A stretch of DNA of 60,217 nucleotides, counting the filler, from Sphacelaria rigidula (Eukaryota), in NCBI GenBank assembly GCA_964200075.2. It is 8 parts of 8 records of this genome, joined end to end, with 100 filler letters (N's around TTAATTAATTAA, not from the genome) between each part and the next. Parts side by side here need not be neighbours in the genome. Positions count along the whole stretch, not along the records: positions 22,622 to 30,061 come from CAXNAA020014906.1; positions 30,162 to 37,601 come from CAXNAA020014907.1; 6 more parts are not named here. One strand, given 5' to 3'. The translations under genes and the position numbers were made by a program. Positions 23,741-37,077 of the stretch are shown here, piece by piece. How positions within the stretch are numbered: position 1 is the stretch's first letter; each line of letters begins with the position of its first letter. The notes under the pieces are model-generated. The model did no database searches. It saw nothing but the letters and a program-made list of their open reading frames with translations, and was not told the origin of the DNA.

Positions 23741-24155
23741 CGGGCCGGCAAAAATGTTTTGAATGGCAATATTTTTATCGAAATAGCCTCTTGCTCGTGG
23801 ACGAAGTTGACGAGGTGAGAGCTGCAGCTTGTGTTGGAGGCTGTATCTATCGTGACAAGATGCAACGCTTGCTGCGGTCTTTCGATTGTGATATTTTGCA
23901 TTACACAAGGGCATCTACGGCAACAGTGTCGCACAGTGAAATTTCTTGCATGCACCGGGAACCAGGCCGATAGTGGTTGGCATTGTAGTTACTGTATGCA
24001 CTTTATATAGTTGATAAGAGGGCAGAACAGTAGTCTCAGCTGGTCTATTTTGTTTTTCTTGGGTTTTTGCTAGCCTGTGACCACGGAAGGCATCCGCTTC
24101 AGATGCCCAATACGAATGTACCGCGCAGATATCGGAACGATTTTTTAATGTAAAG

Positions 24156-24156
<1 letters not shown>

Positions 24157-24243
<87 letters not shown>
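24157..24243 (+). repeat. (CAA)n microsatellite; others are (CAA)n 9156-9210 and (TA)n about 26927-26949 and 27848-27870
   Basis: Directly visible. Confidence 0.95.
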
Positions 24244-24244
<1 letters not shown>

Positions 24245-24504
24245 TCTAAGATCAAGTGACTTGGTTCACCTAAACTCAGTTCAAGTACCTTGCCCCCCCC
24301 CCCCACTCTTGGGATCACGTAACTTGCATTAGCTGGTCTGAGACCAAATGACATGGTTCGTCTGGACTCAGTCCTAGTGAATTGCCTCGGCTAGTCTAAA
24401 ATCAAGGGACGCGGTTTACTTGTACTGAGCCCAAGTGTCTTGTCTCCCCCACTGTGAGATGAAATACTTCGTTTCGCGAAGCAATAGCTTGACTTTATTC
24501 GTCG

Positions 24505-24775
24505 TCACTCTTTGTTTGTCGCACTTTGAACCCTTCCCCTTCCTCGGGATGAGTCCGTGGTCTCAAGGGATCAACGTATTTTGGTCTCGCGGATTGGATC
24601 AGCACTCCCGCACCGCGTCATCAACTCACGTCAAACAAACTCATTTAACTGCTTTGTCTACGCTTTTCACGGTGGAAATCAGACATTACGAAGAAAAAAC
24701 CCAACGCATCGGGAATCGAACCCTCGTTTTCTCCACCCTAATGGCGACGATCGGACCATTACACCACCGGGGCGC
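24505..24775 (-). mobile_element. tRNA-derived SINE, family 1; second copy about 42765-43117
   Basis: Minus strand CGCCCCGGTGGTGTAATGGT (A box)...GGTTCGATTCCC (B box) followed by a non-tRNA body shared by both copies. Confidence 0.78.
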
Positions 24776-24796
24776 GGCATTTAGTGTGGAACTAAC

Positions 24797-25068
24797 AGCA
24801 ATGCTACGGTGGGGTTGCACAGTTTCAGCGAAAACGTTTCTCGGGGCCGGTTGGGGTGTTGGACAGATTACTTCGAGAATCGGCATCATGTTTACTTGAA
24901 AAGGACAGAAAATGATGCCGATTCACGAAAAGGCCCTCGCGTGCAAACACCATATTTCTGGGAGTCCGGCCCCCGGAGATTTGGGTTGTACAGTAGGCTC
25001 CATATATTTGGGCTCCTACAAAAAAGAGACTCAGGAACAAGAAGTGCAACCCCTGCCGTAGCATTGCT
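24797..25068. mobile_element. MITE; inverted second copy at 42185-42437
   Basis: TIRs AGCAATGCTACGGTGGGGTTGCAC / GTGCAACCCCTGCCGTAGCATTGCT. Confidence 0.8.
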
Positions 25069-26420
25069 CTTATATACAGTATTTAGTATAACCCTATCCC
25101 TGACCCCCCTCCCTGGCGCACCCCCTGCGGCGCCGAGATGCATCGTGTCGAAAGTGACGAGTGGTAAATCGTCCAATGACCAAGGCAAGCAACAAGTAAA
25201 TGGGTACGCTCCCCCACTCTGAGATCAAGTCATTCGTGTCGTATGGGAATTGATGTAGAACTAAGTTCATATACGATTTGATGCAACCCCCCGCGGTCCC
25301 CCTCCTCCCTCAGGATCGCCGAACACGGAAAAAAAAGGGGTAAGGGTCAAATGCGGCATTTCTCTGATACCCCTACCCAGCCCGTGATAGATGAGTGGTG
25401 TGAGGTTGTAGCGTCGTCCGACTTCCATTGATAATATGCATTAAAAACACAGCAAGCCTCGTGACGGTTTCCTTTGGACCTGTCGTAAATACTCCGACCA
25501 TCCTCAAGCTTCGTAGTTTTGCAGATACGGGTGCTCCACACAGACAAAATTGTTGAAGAATATTTCCAAGGTAATTTGCTCTCTACCAGCTTCGGGGGGT
25601 ACCGGCGTGAAGACCTCCAGAAGCCAGTACATGATGCCCCAAATAACGAACGTAAGTTTTGCTCGTCTCGAGGTAGTTCAAAGAACGTTTGTACATATTT
25701 TCGTTGCAAAACTCGAAGAGTTGATCCCAAACGGTCGGTGCAAGCTTGAAGTCATAGGCAAAAGGTCAGTTTGATCCTAGAACCACGCTATTAAACTATC
25801 ATCATAGGGGATTCAAGATAGTTTTTTACACTTGATCCCAAGTAAGGGCGACTTCTGATGCGGTTTCTAGGAATTTGACCCTGAAATTTTGCACAAGAGT
25901 AGTATGGGGTATTGCAAGACTTTTTAAGCGTTAGTTTTTTTTCGCCAGGTATCCGGGGTCCCACGAGACCATATGAGACCGTATGGCCCCCGGGCCCCCG
26001 GGCCCCCGGGCCCCCAGGGACCCCGGACATCTGGCGAAGAAAATGGGGAGATACCATACGTGGAAAATTTAGCGATAATCTCTCAGGGCCCCACTCCAAA
26101 ATCCCCCGTGAGAAATCGCGGGGAAACACCTCGTGGGCGTTTACCCTGGATCAGTCTGTGTCGTACAACAACAGGCGAGGGAGGGATGAAACGATTTTGG
26201 AATAAAGGTTGACTTACGAACCACGACTTGAAAAACTTCACGTGGATGATTGGTGCAAAACATATATCTGGACGAACGATGATGAGGGTGCAGGCAATGG
26301 AATGCTTGAGAGAGCGAAATCATCCGTCGAAGAAACCAATGGAACCACATGGCGTAGGGGGGATGAAGGCGGAGAAGACGACCATATTTTTTGCATTCTA
26401 ATTGACACAACGGGCATCTT

Positions 26421-26528
26421 CACGAGTGGCCACTGGGGTGCCTGCAACCTCAAATTTGGACGTTACAAGTTGTACAACGTCTGTAACGTCCAAATTTGAG
26501 GTTGCAGGCACCCCAGTGGTCACCCGTG
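26421..26528. repeat. Near-perfect hairpin (~45-bp arms), MITE-like
   Basis: CACTGGGGTGCCTGCAACCTCAAATTTGGACGTTACA / TGTAACGTCCAAATTTGAGGTTGCAGGCACCCCAGTG. Confidence 0.85.
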
Positions 26529-27011
26529 TTACGAAAATGCGATATTGCAAAACGCCCTGCGATCTATATTGTAGTGACTCTCAATGCGGCGTCATTCCAG
26601 GGGCTTTACGACATACGGTGATTTCAATCACCACAAAATAAGTCGTCCCCCCTAATAAAGTTGAATAGATTAGTCGGCATGATTGCAAAGGTCCAACTCT
26701 TCAGCCGCGAACACTTTGGAATCTATTTACTGTAATAATGCTGCTGTCAGCGTTGACTCCGGCAGTTCTATCTCCATTTCTCCCTCCATACAGCGTTGTG
26801 CTGTCCCGCGATGCTGCAACATGTATCATTCCACTCCATTCCCACTCACATCGTGTCCCTTATTACGAACTAGGAGTAACTTGTCTAGGCTGATCAAGCC
26901 GACGAATGTTCCACACCTTGGAAGATATATATATATATATATATATATAGCCAGTAAGCGTGGTTGCAATTCTAGTCAAAAATGATGTTCGGCGTTAAGC
27001 GTAACAATATA

Positions 27012-27810
27012 CAGCCGATCATCGGAATTGAGGACGGAGCTTTTTCTTTGAGGATGAGAAGCCGGAGAATCAAAATCTTCGTATCTACAGCAAATCTTCG
27101 AATATGGTTCTGTTTCTAAACCTACTGGTAGCTATTGACAACTGATTGATGGCATACAAATTTGGATTTCGATGACCAAAATATTGGGATCCTGGGTGAA
27201 GAGACAATCTTGGGGGATTCCGGTGATCGATCGGATCGCCGAAATTCCCCGTAATTGATTTTCACCTCAAACCTCAAACTTTCGGTTTTCGAAATAAAAA
27301 TTTGTATGACGTGTTGTAGCAGTTGTCAATAGCCACCAGTGTAAGGAAGGCGTATCGCTAGAGTATTCAGAGACCTACGGGGGGAGACTGCCGTCCTGAT
27401 GCCGAAGGAACTCCGAGGCTGGCGATGATTTCCTCATGCATATGTAGGCAAGAAGTGGGGTCAGGCGAGAAGTGGGCGCCAGGGGCGACCCAGACCTTCA
27501 GGGATGTTGGACCGTCCTATATTAGGCTCTTCCTGGCATCACCCCAAGTTGTCTAGTTACGTCGGCATTACAGGATCCTCGGGAATCTGGTCCATTCGGA
27601 CCGTTCCCACTTGTACCTGCTTGCTTTGGCTCTTTATACACGTGGCCTCAGTCTCTGATATGTCACTGCAAAGAGGTATTCCCGACACCAGTAGGTGGAG
27701 AAATGGAACTATGTTTCGAATATTTGGCGTGGTCCACGGACACGAAGTTTTTAATTCTCCGGGTTCTCAATCCCAATGAAAAGGCCCATCTTCAATTTCG
27801 ATGATCGTCT
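27012..27810. mobile_element. Foldback MITE (CAGCCGATCATCG termini) split by a solo LTR
   Basis: Homologous to 47020-47457 and 36633-37077; preceded by TA. Confidence 0.8.
27340..27687. mobile_element. Solo LTR, 348 bp
   Basis: TGTAAGGAA...TTCCCGACA termini with 4-bp TSD CCAG; the host MITE sequence resumes seamlessly. Confidence 0.75.
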
Positions 27811-28159
27811 CTTGATAGTTGCAATAGGCCTGCACTTAACGCAGTACATATATATATATATATATATATATGTCTGCTGCAGCTACTGACCGTATATAAT
27901 TGTCCAGGGTGTGGATTATGCGGAAGCTGCATCTTTTCTTCCCGTCCTAGTCGTTGAGGGTTCGGCTTTGTGATCCTACCCACGTCTCATGTTCACGAGT
28001 GCCATCACATTCCTTACTTGTTATATGTTATTAATTCCTCATATTTCGGGTAGCCTGGCACGATTTTTAGAGGGCATATATTGAATTTTGAATAATGAAA
28101 TGTGATTTTATTGAGGCTCACGGACCCGTGCATCATTCAAATGAAGGACGCGAGCGAAG

Positions 28160-28468
28160 GGTAAATCCTTCGACCGCGAAGAGCTCGGAATCTTTCCCGT
28201 AGCAGCAAAGTTGCACAAACGTAGGGACAACCACCCCCGAAATCGTGGTGAAACGTGGTGCACTGACATTCACGGTTTCAATTATTGGTCTAGTTTGCGG
28301 TCAAAGGGTTAGTCACCAGGACCTGAGACTTATACTCGCCATTTTTAAGCGACAGCGGTTGAACGCTTGGACCGCGAAGTTAGTCTTCTTCTGTTGAATC
28401 GGCATCAATTTCAAGTGAAAAAAGGTATGCATGATTCAGAAAGACTGATCTCGCGGTCTAAGGGTTAA
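28160..28468. mobile_element. Two short adjacent piggyBac-like MITEs
   Basis: CCTTCGACCGCGAA...TTTGCGGTCAAAGGGTTAG and GCTTGGACCGCGA...TCGCGGTCTAAGGGTTAA (AGGG-TTAA ends). Confidence 0.5.
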
Positions 28469-28714
28469 GGACATGGACCACCCATGGCGCTGGCTTGATG
28501 AATTACTCGAGGGCTGCCTCTCCGCAGGGCTCCAAGTACCCCATGATGCCAGTCCAACATATTGCTCACTCTAGCGGAGGTTCAACCCTTCCACCTCCAG
28601 GGTGGGTCATCTGGGTCTCTGGATATACACTTTCAAGTGAAAATGATCCCGACTGAACAGATGACCCGCCACCCTGGAGGTCAAGCTTTTGAGCCGTGTA
28701 AAGTTGAACTGTGC

Positions 28715-28806
28715 TTGTGTATGTGTGTGTGGTGTGTGGTGCGTGGTGTGTGGTGCGTGTGTGCGTGCGTGCGTGCGTGTGCGTGTGCGTGTGCGTGTGC
28801 GTGTGC

Positions 28807-28865
<59 letters not shown>

Positions 28866-29208
28866 GTCACCCCATCTCTTCTGGACACCAGTCTACACCT
28901 TTCGGTGTTTGTGGGAACATCAGCCGGGGCGGTCACACAGGAGGAAGACCAACACACAGGAGTTTTTCTTCGTTTGTTTTAGTACTCTCCACCCTCCTTC
29001 TGTGGTGCTTGCCATATGCATTATCGCGAGAGGAGTTTAGCGCTCCCCTTTCCTCGTCGACCTTGAAGTCGACTTTTTTTTGTGTACCCACGACATGGCC
29101 GCTCTCCACTGTTAAGAAAAATCCCAGGTCGTGACTCCACCGAGATTCGAAGCCACGACCCCACCGTCAAAAGGTTTCGACGTTACCAACTGAGCCACGG
29201 GAGCGACC
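28715..29208 (-). mobile_element. tRNA-derived SINE, family 2, with a (CA)n tail; copies at 57199-57620 (+) and a 5'-truncated one at about 46090-46350 (+)
   Basis: Minus strand GGTCGCTCCCGTGGCTCAGTTGGT (A box)...TTCGAATCTC (B box), shared body, ends in the microsatellite at 28715-28864. Confidence 0.82.
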
Positions 29209-31907
29209 AGCGGTACATCTCGTGACTACGGTATCGTCCATGATAAATTGGAAATGCCGCCACCACCCACATCGTTACAAAAGCAAAGTACCATATCCGC
29301 CCATTCCCACCCACATAGTTGCAGAGCAAATAACCTTCTCCCATTTCTGTCCAACAATAATCACCGTGCGAATAGTGATATTCTTGTGGCTTCTCATTAC
29401 CATACTGACAAACGACGCTCAAATACATTGCTTCCAAACAGTGCACACTAGGGAAGCAAAATGAATAGCCAAAGTCGATGACACCGCGTTGACTCACTAG
29501 GCCAGACACACGTGTACAATGTCTGTGGACAATGGTCTCGGGTCCAATGCCCGCCACCGGAAATTGGAGATTGACAATAATTATTGGTGCTTGATGTTTG
29601 GCAGCTCCCGTGAGGCATATGCGTTTTGTTGCTCATCATTCCTCGTTCGACAGACTAGTCGTCGGCCTACACGGTATGATAGAAATACGGAAAACCAGAG
29701 CTTTGATGGGGTGTAGAGTTGAAACGTTTCTGCTGCTTGTACTACTACTGTAGAAGAGTGCAGGGTTCAGTTGTACAGTGAAATTGTTTGCAGTATTGTC
29801 GATGGAGACTCCGATGTTGAGAACCCTCCGGAGGATTGCGGATGCCTAAGATCCTTTAGTAGGGAGTTTCAAAACGGACGGCATGTTGGGAGACGTTTGG
29901 AAAATCCACTGCAGGGTTTTCGAGGGTAGCCGGATGGCTGTGTGTGCGATGGTAAACGATACCCCCCATCACAATTCTGCTCCGTCTCGAAAGGGATGCG
30001 TGGTCAACGGTCAAACGACTAAGGCAAGCAACAAATGAGTACGAGCAACGTGTACCACCGCNNNNNNNNNNNNNNNNNNNNNNNNNNNNNNNNNNNNNNN
30101 NNNNNTTAATTAATTAANNNNNNNNNNNNNNNNNNNNNNNNNNNNNNNNNNNNNNNNNNNNGGGGAAAGCACTGTTTTAGGCTTAAACCTCATCTCAATT
30201 CGCACAATTTGTTGTTACTCGCAGTAGGTTGGGGTGAGAATGTGCTGTGGGCCACATTGATTCGGTACGTGCTTTTGGACACCACCGTGACGGTGGCGAT
30301 GACCGTGCAAGGCGAGGAGGGTCGTTGTGTACCTCAGTCGCTTACTGAGCCTAGGAAGACGACCAACAGGGGTTCGACCGCGAGATAACCATAGGCTGTC
30401 ACTTGAAACAAAAACAAACACAAGTATCCCCATTTTGATTGGTTCAAAATCACCGTCCTTCCCGCCACCATTCTCCATGCAACCACTCGTTTTTGGGGTG
30501 GTCCAGAAGCAGTACACTATCTGTCATCTTGCAAGGGTCTCGCGGTCGAAGAGTTAGTGGCGGCACTGTTGGGATGCGCACATGCCATCGATACGTCCAC
30601 AGTTCGTCGACTTTTATACAGTCTTCCTTTGAGGGAAAAATGATACAAAGTAGTGATAGGCGCTACCCCTCCCCCCCCCCCCTCCGCAAAGCCCGTTTCG
30701 AATGACACTCCACTGGCTGTTTTGATCGCAGCTCTCCGATGGCGAAGCCTAGATATTGCACAGGCGAACGGATCTGCAAGCTGATCAATTCTTGAAACTA
30801 CTTCACTTGCAGACCACTATGGTGCCTTCTTCAATCGGATCAGTTTATCTGCTGCATCCAACCTGACCCCTTGACCTAGAATAGGCGATCAGTTGATTGG
30901 CTCTCAGAGCTCTATTCACACCTGAAAACTCCCGCGAAGTGTGCCGATTCACCTGATTGCCTACCCTCGCGTTCAAAGGGCCAGTCAACATTAACACGCA
31001 CCAATTTACGTGTCGTGTTGCGCTAGTGCTCCCCGGGATGATTCTCATCTGCTCGCTTTTGCCTACTCCCAACTCCAAGGATTTCAGGGCAGCAGTAGGG
31101 CACGTTTACCCGTACGGTGAATTTTGATGAACCCTTCTAAAGTCAACCAACAGTGCTTACTTGGGTACATTCTAGGCTCTCATTTTTTTATCTTGACTCA
31201 CCTACCCTACTACTGCAGTAATTGAGGCTGACCCGACCCGCCCGAATTGTTCGTTTGAGAAAGAGTGGAAGGTGTAACGAACTGTTCGTTCACAACGAAC
31301 GATTCGGGCGATGGATTTGAGGGGGGGCGGGCTTGAATGAGGTTGTTTTCAAGCGAATGGAGCGCTTTTCAACACCGCGCGGGTGTCTCTTGATGAGATC
31401 CACGACCTCTCGGCGGACCTACTCTAGGCATCTTTTTGATGGAAAGGCCACGTCACAGACCAGAGTTTCGAAGTCCGGAACGCTCGTGTCCATGACCACA
31501 GGGACGACCCCGTCCCTGCATACGCGCGTTTAATTGTAATCCCTACGGATGGCGCTGGCTGAAAAGGGCGAATTTCCATAACTGCTTGTCGGGACCACGT
31601 GCAGCTGCGTCTGATTGATGCTTCAGGTGACCGATTTCTATTTTCCTACTCCTATGTCCAACCATGTGAAGTGTGCCGTGTCCAACCCGTCACCACTCCT
31701 ATTATGTGCCCAAATAACGCTGGGTTGTAACCTTGACTGAAAGAGCGTGAAGGGATACGTGTGTCGTACCCAAGATCATGCCGACATCGCCTCACGGCCG
31801 ACACTGCTACGTTACGCAAGCAGATGCGCCGGCGGTGGCCAGCACTGCATCGCCAACACTGGAGGCACCGTGCTTGACCTTGCCACGTTTCCGAAAGAAA
31901 GCGTGGT

Positions 31908-32171
31908 CGACACTTTCTACGATACCCCCCCCCCCCCAAAAAAAAACAGCCCAAAAGTGTCACGAATAAAACGGTCAAACAGCGCCTGATGTTTGGTTTC
32001 AGGCTGCATGTCGTGCCCCATGTGAACGACATTGGCGAAAATGAAGCCAAGCGTGAGAATTCCGAGTTGCTCGTTGTGCTCGGCTTTTTTTCATTTCGAT
32101 TTACACGTAGATCTTGCATCCCCAAACCAGCCACGTTTCGGGGGGGGGGGGGGCTATCGTAAAAAGTGTCG
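31908..32171. mobile_element. MITE-like element with C-run/G-run inside the TIRs; similar architecture at 40316-40551
   Basis: CGACACTTTCTACGATA(C)n ... (G)nCTATCGTAAAAAGTGTCG; GCCGAGATAG(C)n ... (G)nCTATCTCGGC. Confidence 0.6.
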
Positions 32172-32908
32172 GTCTGTGATGCGCACTACGGGGCTCTTCA
32201 CGCCAGAAGTGGTAATATTTACGATTATCTTGACAGGAGGGGGGCTAGTAGCAAGCTCCCGTGCCTGGGATCGGCGCAGGCAGTCTCTCGTTTTGCACGA
32301 CAGAGAAACAGCGCAAATCAAAATGCGACGGGGAGAGTGTCCACGGCATACCGTAGCTTCAAGATCGCAGCTTCCAGGTCAGACCGTGCGAGAGTGTCCA
32401 TGGCATACTGTAGCTTCAAGATCGCAGCTTCCAGGTCAGTACTGCTTTCTGTTCAACCGGCGCCATCGACTACACACGGGGTGTACATCTCGTCGCAAAC
32501 CAAATCGCACCACGTGGGGAACGAGTTTGCTTCAGCACGCCTCCAAAAAGCAAGCACGCCAGGGATCAGACAAAAAAGGAAGCAATAAAAAACGTGGAGT
32601 GTATTGGGAACAGTGGAGATGCGACACTCTACCGATCGCGCATTTCACACCGTCCAGACACCACGGTCGACCCAGGGTCTATGGGTTGCCCGATGCACTC
32701 TAGTACTCGTGCTTGCTAGCCTCAGCAACCAGTCATGGGCGACATGATGCGGGACATTTGCATCAAGCTGTACGCTGCTCCCGCTGAAACCTCCTTGTGT
32801 AGGGCGTGGCACGTGAGAAACAGGAAGGCAAAATATTGCTGAACCTGGCGATCAATCGCGGGCTGCATGACGGCCACACGCGCGAGTTCAGGAGAAACAT
32901 GATCTCAG

Positions 32909-33062
32909 TTAACCCTTGAAAGGCTCCAAGCCCAGTATTTCCTCCAGGTCTTCCAATGTCTGCTCCCCCGGGTACAGCTTGCCATCGATGTCCCACGTTG
33001 GGAAACCCGGGATGTCGGCTGCTTTGCACAATCCAACCTGGTTATTCTCCCCACGATTTGAG
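32909..33062 (-). CDS. LTO1: Last exon of an LTO1/VKOR-type thiol-disulfide oxidoreductase (thioredoxin-like domain)
   Basis: ttcag|(C)SNRGENNQVGLCKAADIPGFPTWDIDGKLYPGEQTLEDLEEILGLEPFKG*; phase fits the previous exon; GFPTW motif. Confidence 0.88.
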
Positions 33063-34271
33063 CTGAACAGGAGGAGCCAAGCGCGCACAAAACGGATTCA
33101 CATTTAATATACGTCGGGACTCGGAACAAAGAGCGCTGGCAGCGGGTCCCGAAGCATAACGCCGATTGCGGAGCAAGCGCATATTGGTACTTGGCAGTTC
33201 CATCTGCAAACGACCCACTAGTCAGTATTGTACTGCAACTCATATTCTCACGATTTCGGAAGACGGCCGGAGTATTTGAAGAGCAAGTGCGCTCTGCTTC
33301 AGCCGTCAACGTGAAGCTGGCTACTGCATGCGCCATAATTCTGGGCGTGTTCATTGTGGGTTCCACCGTACTCGTAGTGGCGATGCTTCAAAGGTTTGCA
33401 TAAAAGATCTAAAAATCAAGGGACCAAAAACAATGTTTTCGATACGTTGAGAGTAGAGCGTCGATCGAAAGTGGGTTTTGTCATGCGCTTTAACTTGACC
33501 AATTCTCCATTCTGTGTACATTTTTCTTCGCCTGTAACACTGGCGTGTGCTTACAGCTACACTTCGATATCCTGCCCAGGGATATCAAGGACTTCAGTGG
33601 CAAGCTACTACAAAAAGCGTATCGGGCCTCGTGGAGGGGCATTCCGGAACTGAAACGATTCGTCCATTACTTGATCGCTTCTTACTCTCAACCGTATCCT
33701 TTTGATCTCATGAGAACACTGTTCAAAGTAGTTTGCACTTTCGACTTGAGCATAACCGAGGAGCTTCGAGGCACGCCCGAAACACACAGGGCACTATCTC
33801 CGCTCGCCAGACGCACAGGGACACAGTGAAGTATTGCGCAATGATCGGCGGCAGCGTGAACAAAAGAGGCAATATAATAGTGCCGCCACGTCGAGAGTAT
33901 GGCTTGCTACCGTCGCTCAACATGCGGCTTCAAACAACGACTGGAGGCACCGACATGAAGAACGGGGCGGGTGCTGTGCCACATACATGTGCCCGAGACC
34001 GACTGCATTGAATGACTTTTCCCAATCGGAACGTGCGCAACTGATCGCAAAATTACCCAACATGGCCCACTCTGGAAGACCATCAGACACCGAGAGGCGA
34101 GAAAGATGTAAAATCGGCCGACTCACACGCACGTCGAGTTTTTTCTGGGAACTTTTGCGAGAGATGAGACAGAGTGACCGAAATATGGGGACCATGGTGA
34201 GTAATGTACATTGTGTTGAGGAGGGCAACGGGGAGATCTTCAACCGAAGACCATCACACCCCTTCACTCAC

Positions 34272-34402
34272 CATTCTATGTATTTGACTTTTGCCATGGC
34301 TTGCTTGCCTAACATTTGCTTTTGGTGAAAGCAGTGCGTACACCAGTACGCTCCGTACATCTTGGCATCCAAAGACTTCAGCTTCTTGCCCACCCTCATC
34401 GC
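34272..34402 (-). CDS. LTO1: LTO1-like exon with the WCxHC active site
   Basis: acgcag|AMRVGKKLKSLDAKMYGAYWCTHCFHQKQMLGKQAMAKVKYIE(C)|gtgagt; AKMYGAxWCxHC..QK is characteristic of the family. Confidence 0.9.
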
Positions 34403-35101
34403 CTGCGTCATGCACACACCCCACACGCACCCGCCGGGGCACATCGGGTCGAGAGGGCTTGAGATGAATCCACAGAGCACTTAGAGACGAAAATGGATCG
34501 CGAAAGCGTGTCTGATAGCCTACACTGGGCGTGCCGACGGTGCTTTAGGGTCTACTTGATGTATTTTCGATCTGCCATAGTTGCACCGAAGTCCATCACC
34601 ATATTCGGCCTTGCATCATTAGAAGTGCAATCTGACTCGCACTTTCAGGACAAAACAGTTTGGTGGCCAGCGCGCGGATCATTCACCTGCGATGCCGTCA
34701 TTCATTACCGCCCCCTACTGCCACAAGAAACGCTTGGCACTACACATGGGGGAAGGACCCTACTCGTACGTAGCCCAGGTCGAATCGAACCTTCGGCACT
34801 ACTTTGAAAAAACATGTGTGATATTCCAGCGTGCACGCAATTGAAGGGTGCCTATTGCACTACAGTTGAAACGCGGACATTCCCTTGACCAACCTCAGGA
34901 AGCCAAGGTACCTCGGGAGGGAAGAATCATACACGCCGGCCTTTCGCTACCGACTTCCCGTCGTACTCAAGACGACCAAAAGATGGGGGGATATTTGAGA
35001 CAGAAAAATACTTGGACGGGTGGCGCTCTGTCCATGTCAACGACTAGCAATTCGCACGTGTTATGAGTGTCGTCCATGCATAAGAGTTTCTAACTCGTCA
35101 C

Positions 35102-35179
35102 CTGTGCTGTTGACTCTGTGTCGGCAGTAGGAGCGGCCACGAGCTGCAACCCCACTAGCTCGCCAGGAGATGCCTCTGC
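35102..35179 (-). CDS. LTO1: Probable LTO1-like linker exon
   Basis: ttgcag|AEASPGELVGLQLVAAPTADTESTAQ|gtgacg; 78 bp, phase 0/0, joins the next exon in frame. Confidence 0.65.
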
Positions 35180-36632
35180 CTGCAACGAAAAGGATCAAAG
35201 TTATGTCGCGGAGCTTAGCCCTTGTACTGTGAGTGTGCCAACGAGTGCCCATGAATGCCTACCCCGGATTTTGACGTGTTTTTTGCCCACCGAGGTGCTC
35301 TTGCAGAAATACATTCACGGACTTCACAGTCAACATTTTGTCCACTGTTAGCCCCGGCAGGGTTTGGAGGGTAGTTGCTGGAGGAGTAGATGGGCGTCAA
35401 GTAGGCAGTGGACTCAGCTTCTCGCTTGTACCGCCAGCGGTGCAAGCATTTTGACGAGTTGAAGGAACAGGCGCGAATCTTCTGGATCAAATCGCGGTCA
35501 GTGTACAGTAACCAGCCGGCAAGGTGAAGGAATCCTCGGAAACGAGGGGGGAGCCTTCGAACGGCGGGCGCCGGACGCCGAACGCTGAAAGCCGTGGTTG
35601 TGATGTGATTTGTCTTCTATTTTTCACCCCCCTGTCCTTTCCTGTCCTGTCCTTCTACTTCCATTCTCACACTCTCCCTGATGAAGTGCGTTTTCCTGAG
35701 CACCTTCCCGTGCCCGTGAATCCTTGGTCATTACTCTTGACGTTAATTGGCACTTGTTGTGATTCTCGATCTTGACGACCTCATTCAAGGGTATACACAA
35801 GCTTCATCATCGGGTCAACAAGCGCCCCCGGTAACTCTTTGACCTCCAGGGGTAGTCATCTGTCGAATCGGCAACATTTTACACCCGAAACATAACGAAG
35901 ACCAAAATGACTCATCTTGGCACTCGAGGGGAAAATGCAAGCATGGCCGTGTAACCGATTCGTATTATTTGCTATCCACCACTGCTTGGTAGAAAATGTA
36001 AATATGAGTGAAAATAGTGCTGGTACACAGCTTCATTCAAGAGATGAATTGGAAGAACTTACCCTAGAAACGTATTGGTAGCCAAATGTGAGTAGCATAC
36101 AGCGTCACTCTCCCCGATGCACCTTGCCATCCGGTTTTCCCCTGGTACGAGAGTTTATACCCTTATACATGGATATCCGACTCCGTACCTACTGGTTTGT
36201 TCCAGGATTCTGAGTTGGATCGTGAAAGATTCCCCACCACACGACACATGCTTTGTCCGGCGGCAAAAAATGGAAAAACATGGGGCAATGAATGGACTCG
36301 TGTGATGGTTGTTCTTAGTACAGCGAGACGATGAATACGGCGGAGGCTTGCGGCTTGTCACGACTTTCCTCGCAATCAGGCGGGCGTTTCTTTCTGTCCA
36401 TCATCACCCGCCTTACTGTGGACCACCTCGACACACGGCGAGTTCTTCACGGACCCCGACCAACAACATCGTGTCCTTTCTGGTGGTTTGCCGCAACCCC
36501 GCCCACCTCACGACACGGGAGGACAATTCAGCCATTCAACCAATTATAGCGCATTTGCCAACACGTGCAGCGGTAGCAGCGTACCGCCATGCTGTTGGTA
36601 GACGGGTGTCAATGCAAACCCCCGCTGCTCTC

Positions 36633-37077
36633 GACACGGGATTTTATAAATTGGGGATGGATATTTTATTGAGGATGAGAACCCGGAGAAGTAGAATATT
36701 CGTATCCACACCAAATCTTCGAAATATAGCTCCACTCCTTCACCTACTGGTAGTTATTGACACCTACTAAACGCCATACAAATTTGGATCCTGATGACCG
36801 ACATGTTGGGGTCCTAGGTGAAGGAACAATATTGGGGAATTTAGATGACCCGATCAGATCGCCGAAATTCCCCCCAAAAATGGTTCTTCACCTAGGACCC
36901 CAACATTTCGGTTATCGAAATCCAAATTTGTGTGGCGTTTAGTATGTGTCAATAGCTACCAGTAGATGAAAGAGTGGGGCAATATTTCGAAGATTGGGTA
37001 TGGACACGAAGATTTTGGTTCTCCGGGTTCACATCCTCAATACAATATCCATCCCCAATTTGTAAAATATCGTGTTC
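36633..37077. mobile_element. Foldback MITE related to 47020-47457
   Basis: Almost entirely palindromic; CTACTGGTAG.TATTGACA / TGTCAATAGCTACCAGTAG. Confidence 0.82.

Noticed and set aside
24145..24354. Poly-Leu ORF, and the VC/TH-repeat ORFs at 28562-29134
   Set aside because: Translations of (CAA)n and (TG)n microsatellites
29130..29208. tRNA genes here and at 57199 and 24775
   Set aside because: A and B boxes are present, but each continues into a shared SINE body and I could not build a convincing cloverleaf
30640..31250. Possible decayed reverse-transcriptase fragment on the minus strand
   Set aside because: Only vague motif similarity; not supportable without a profile search
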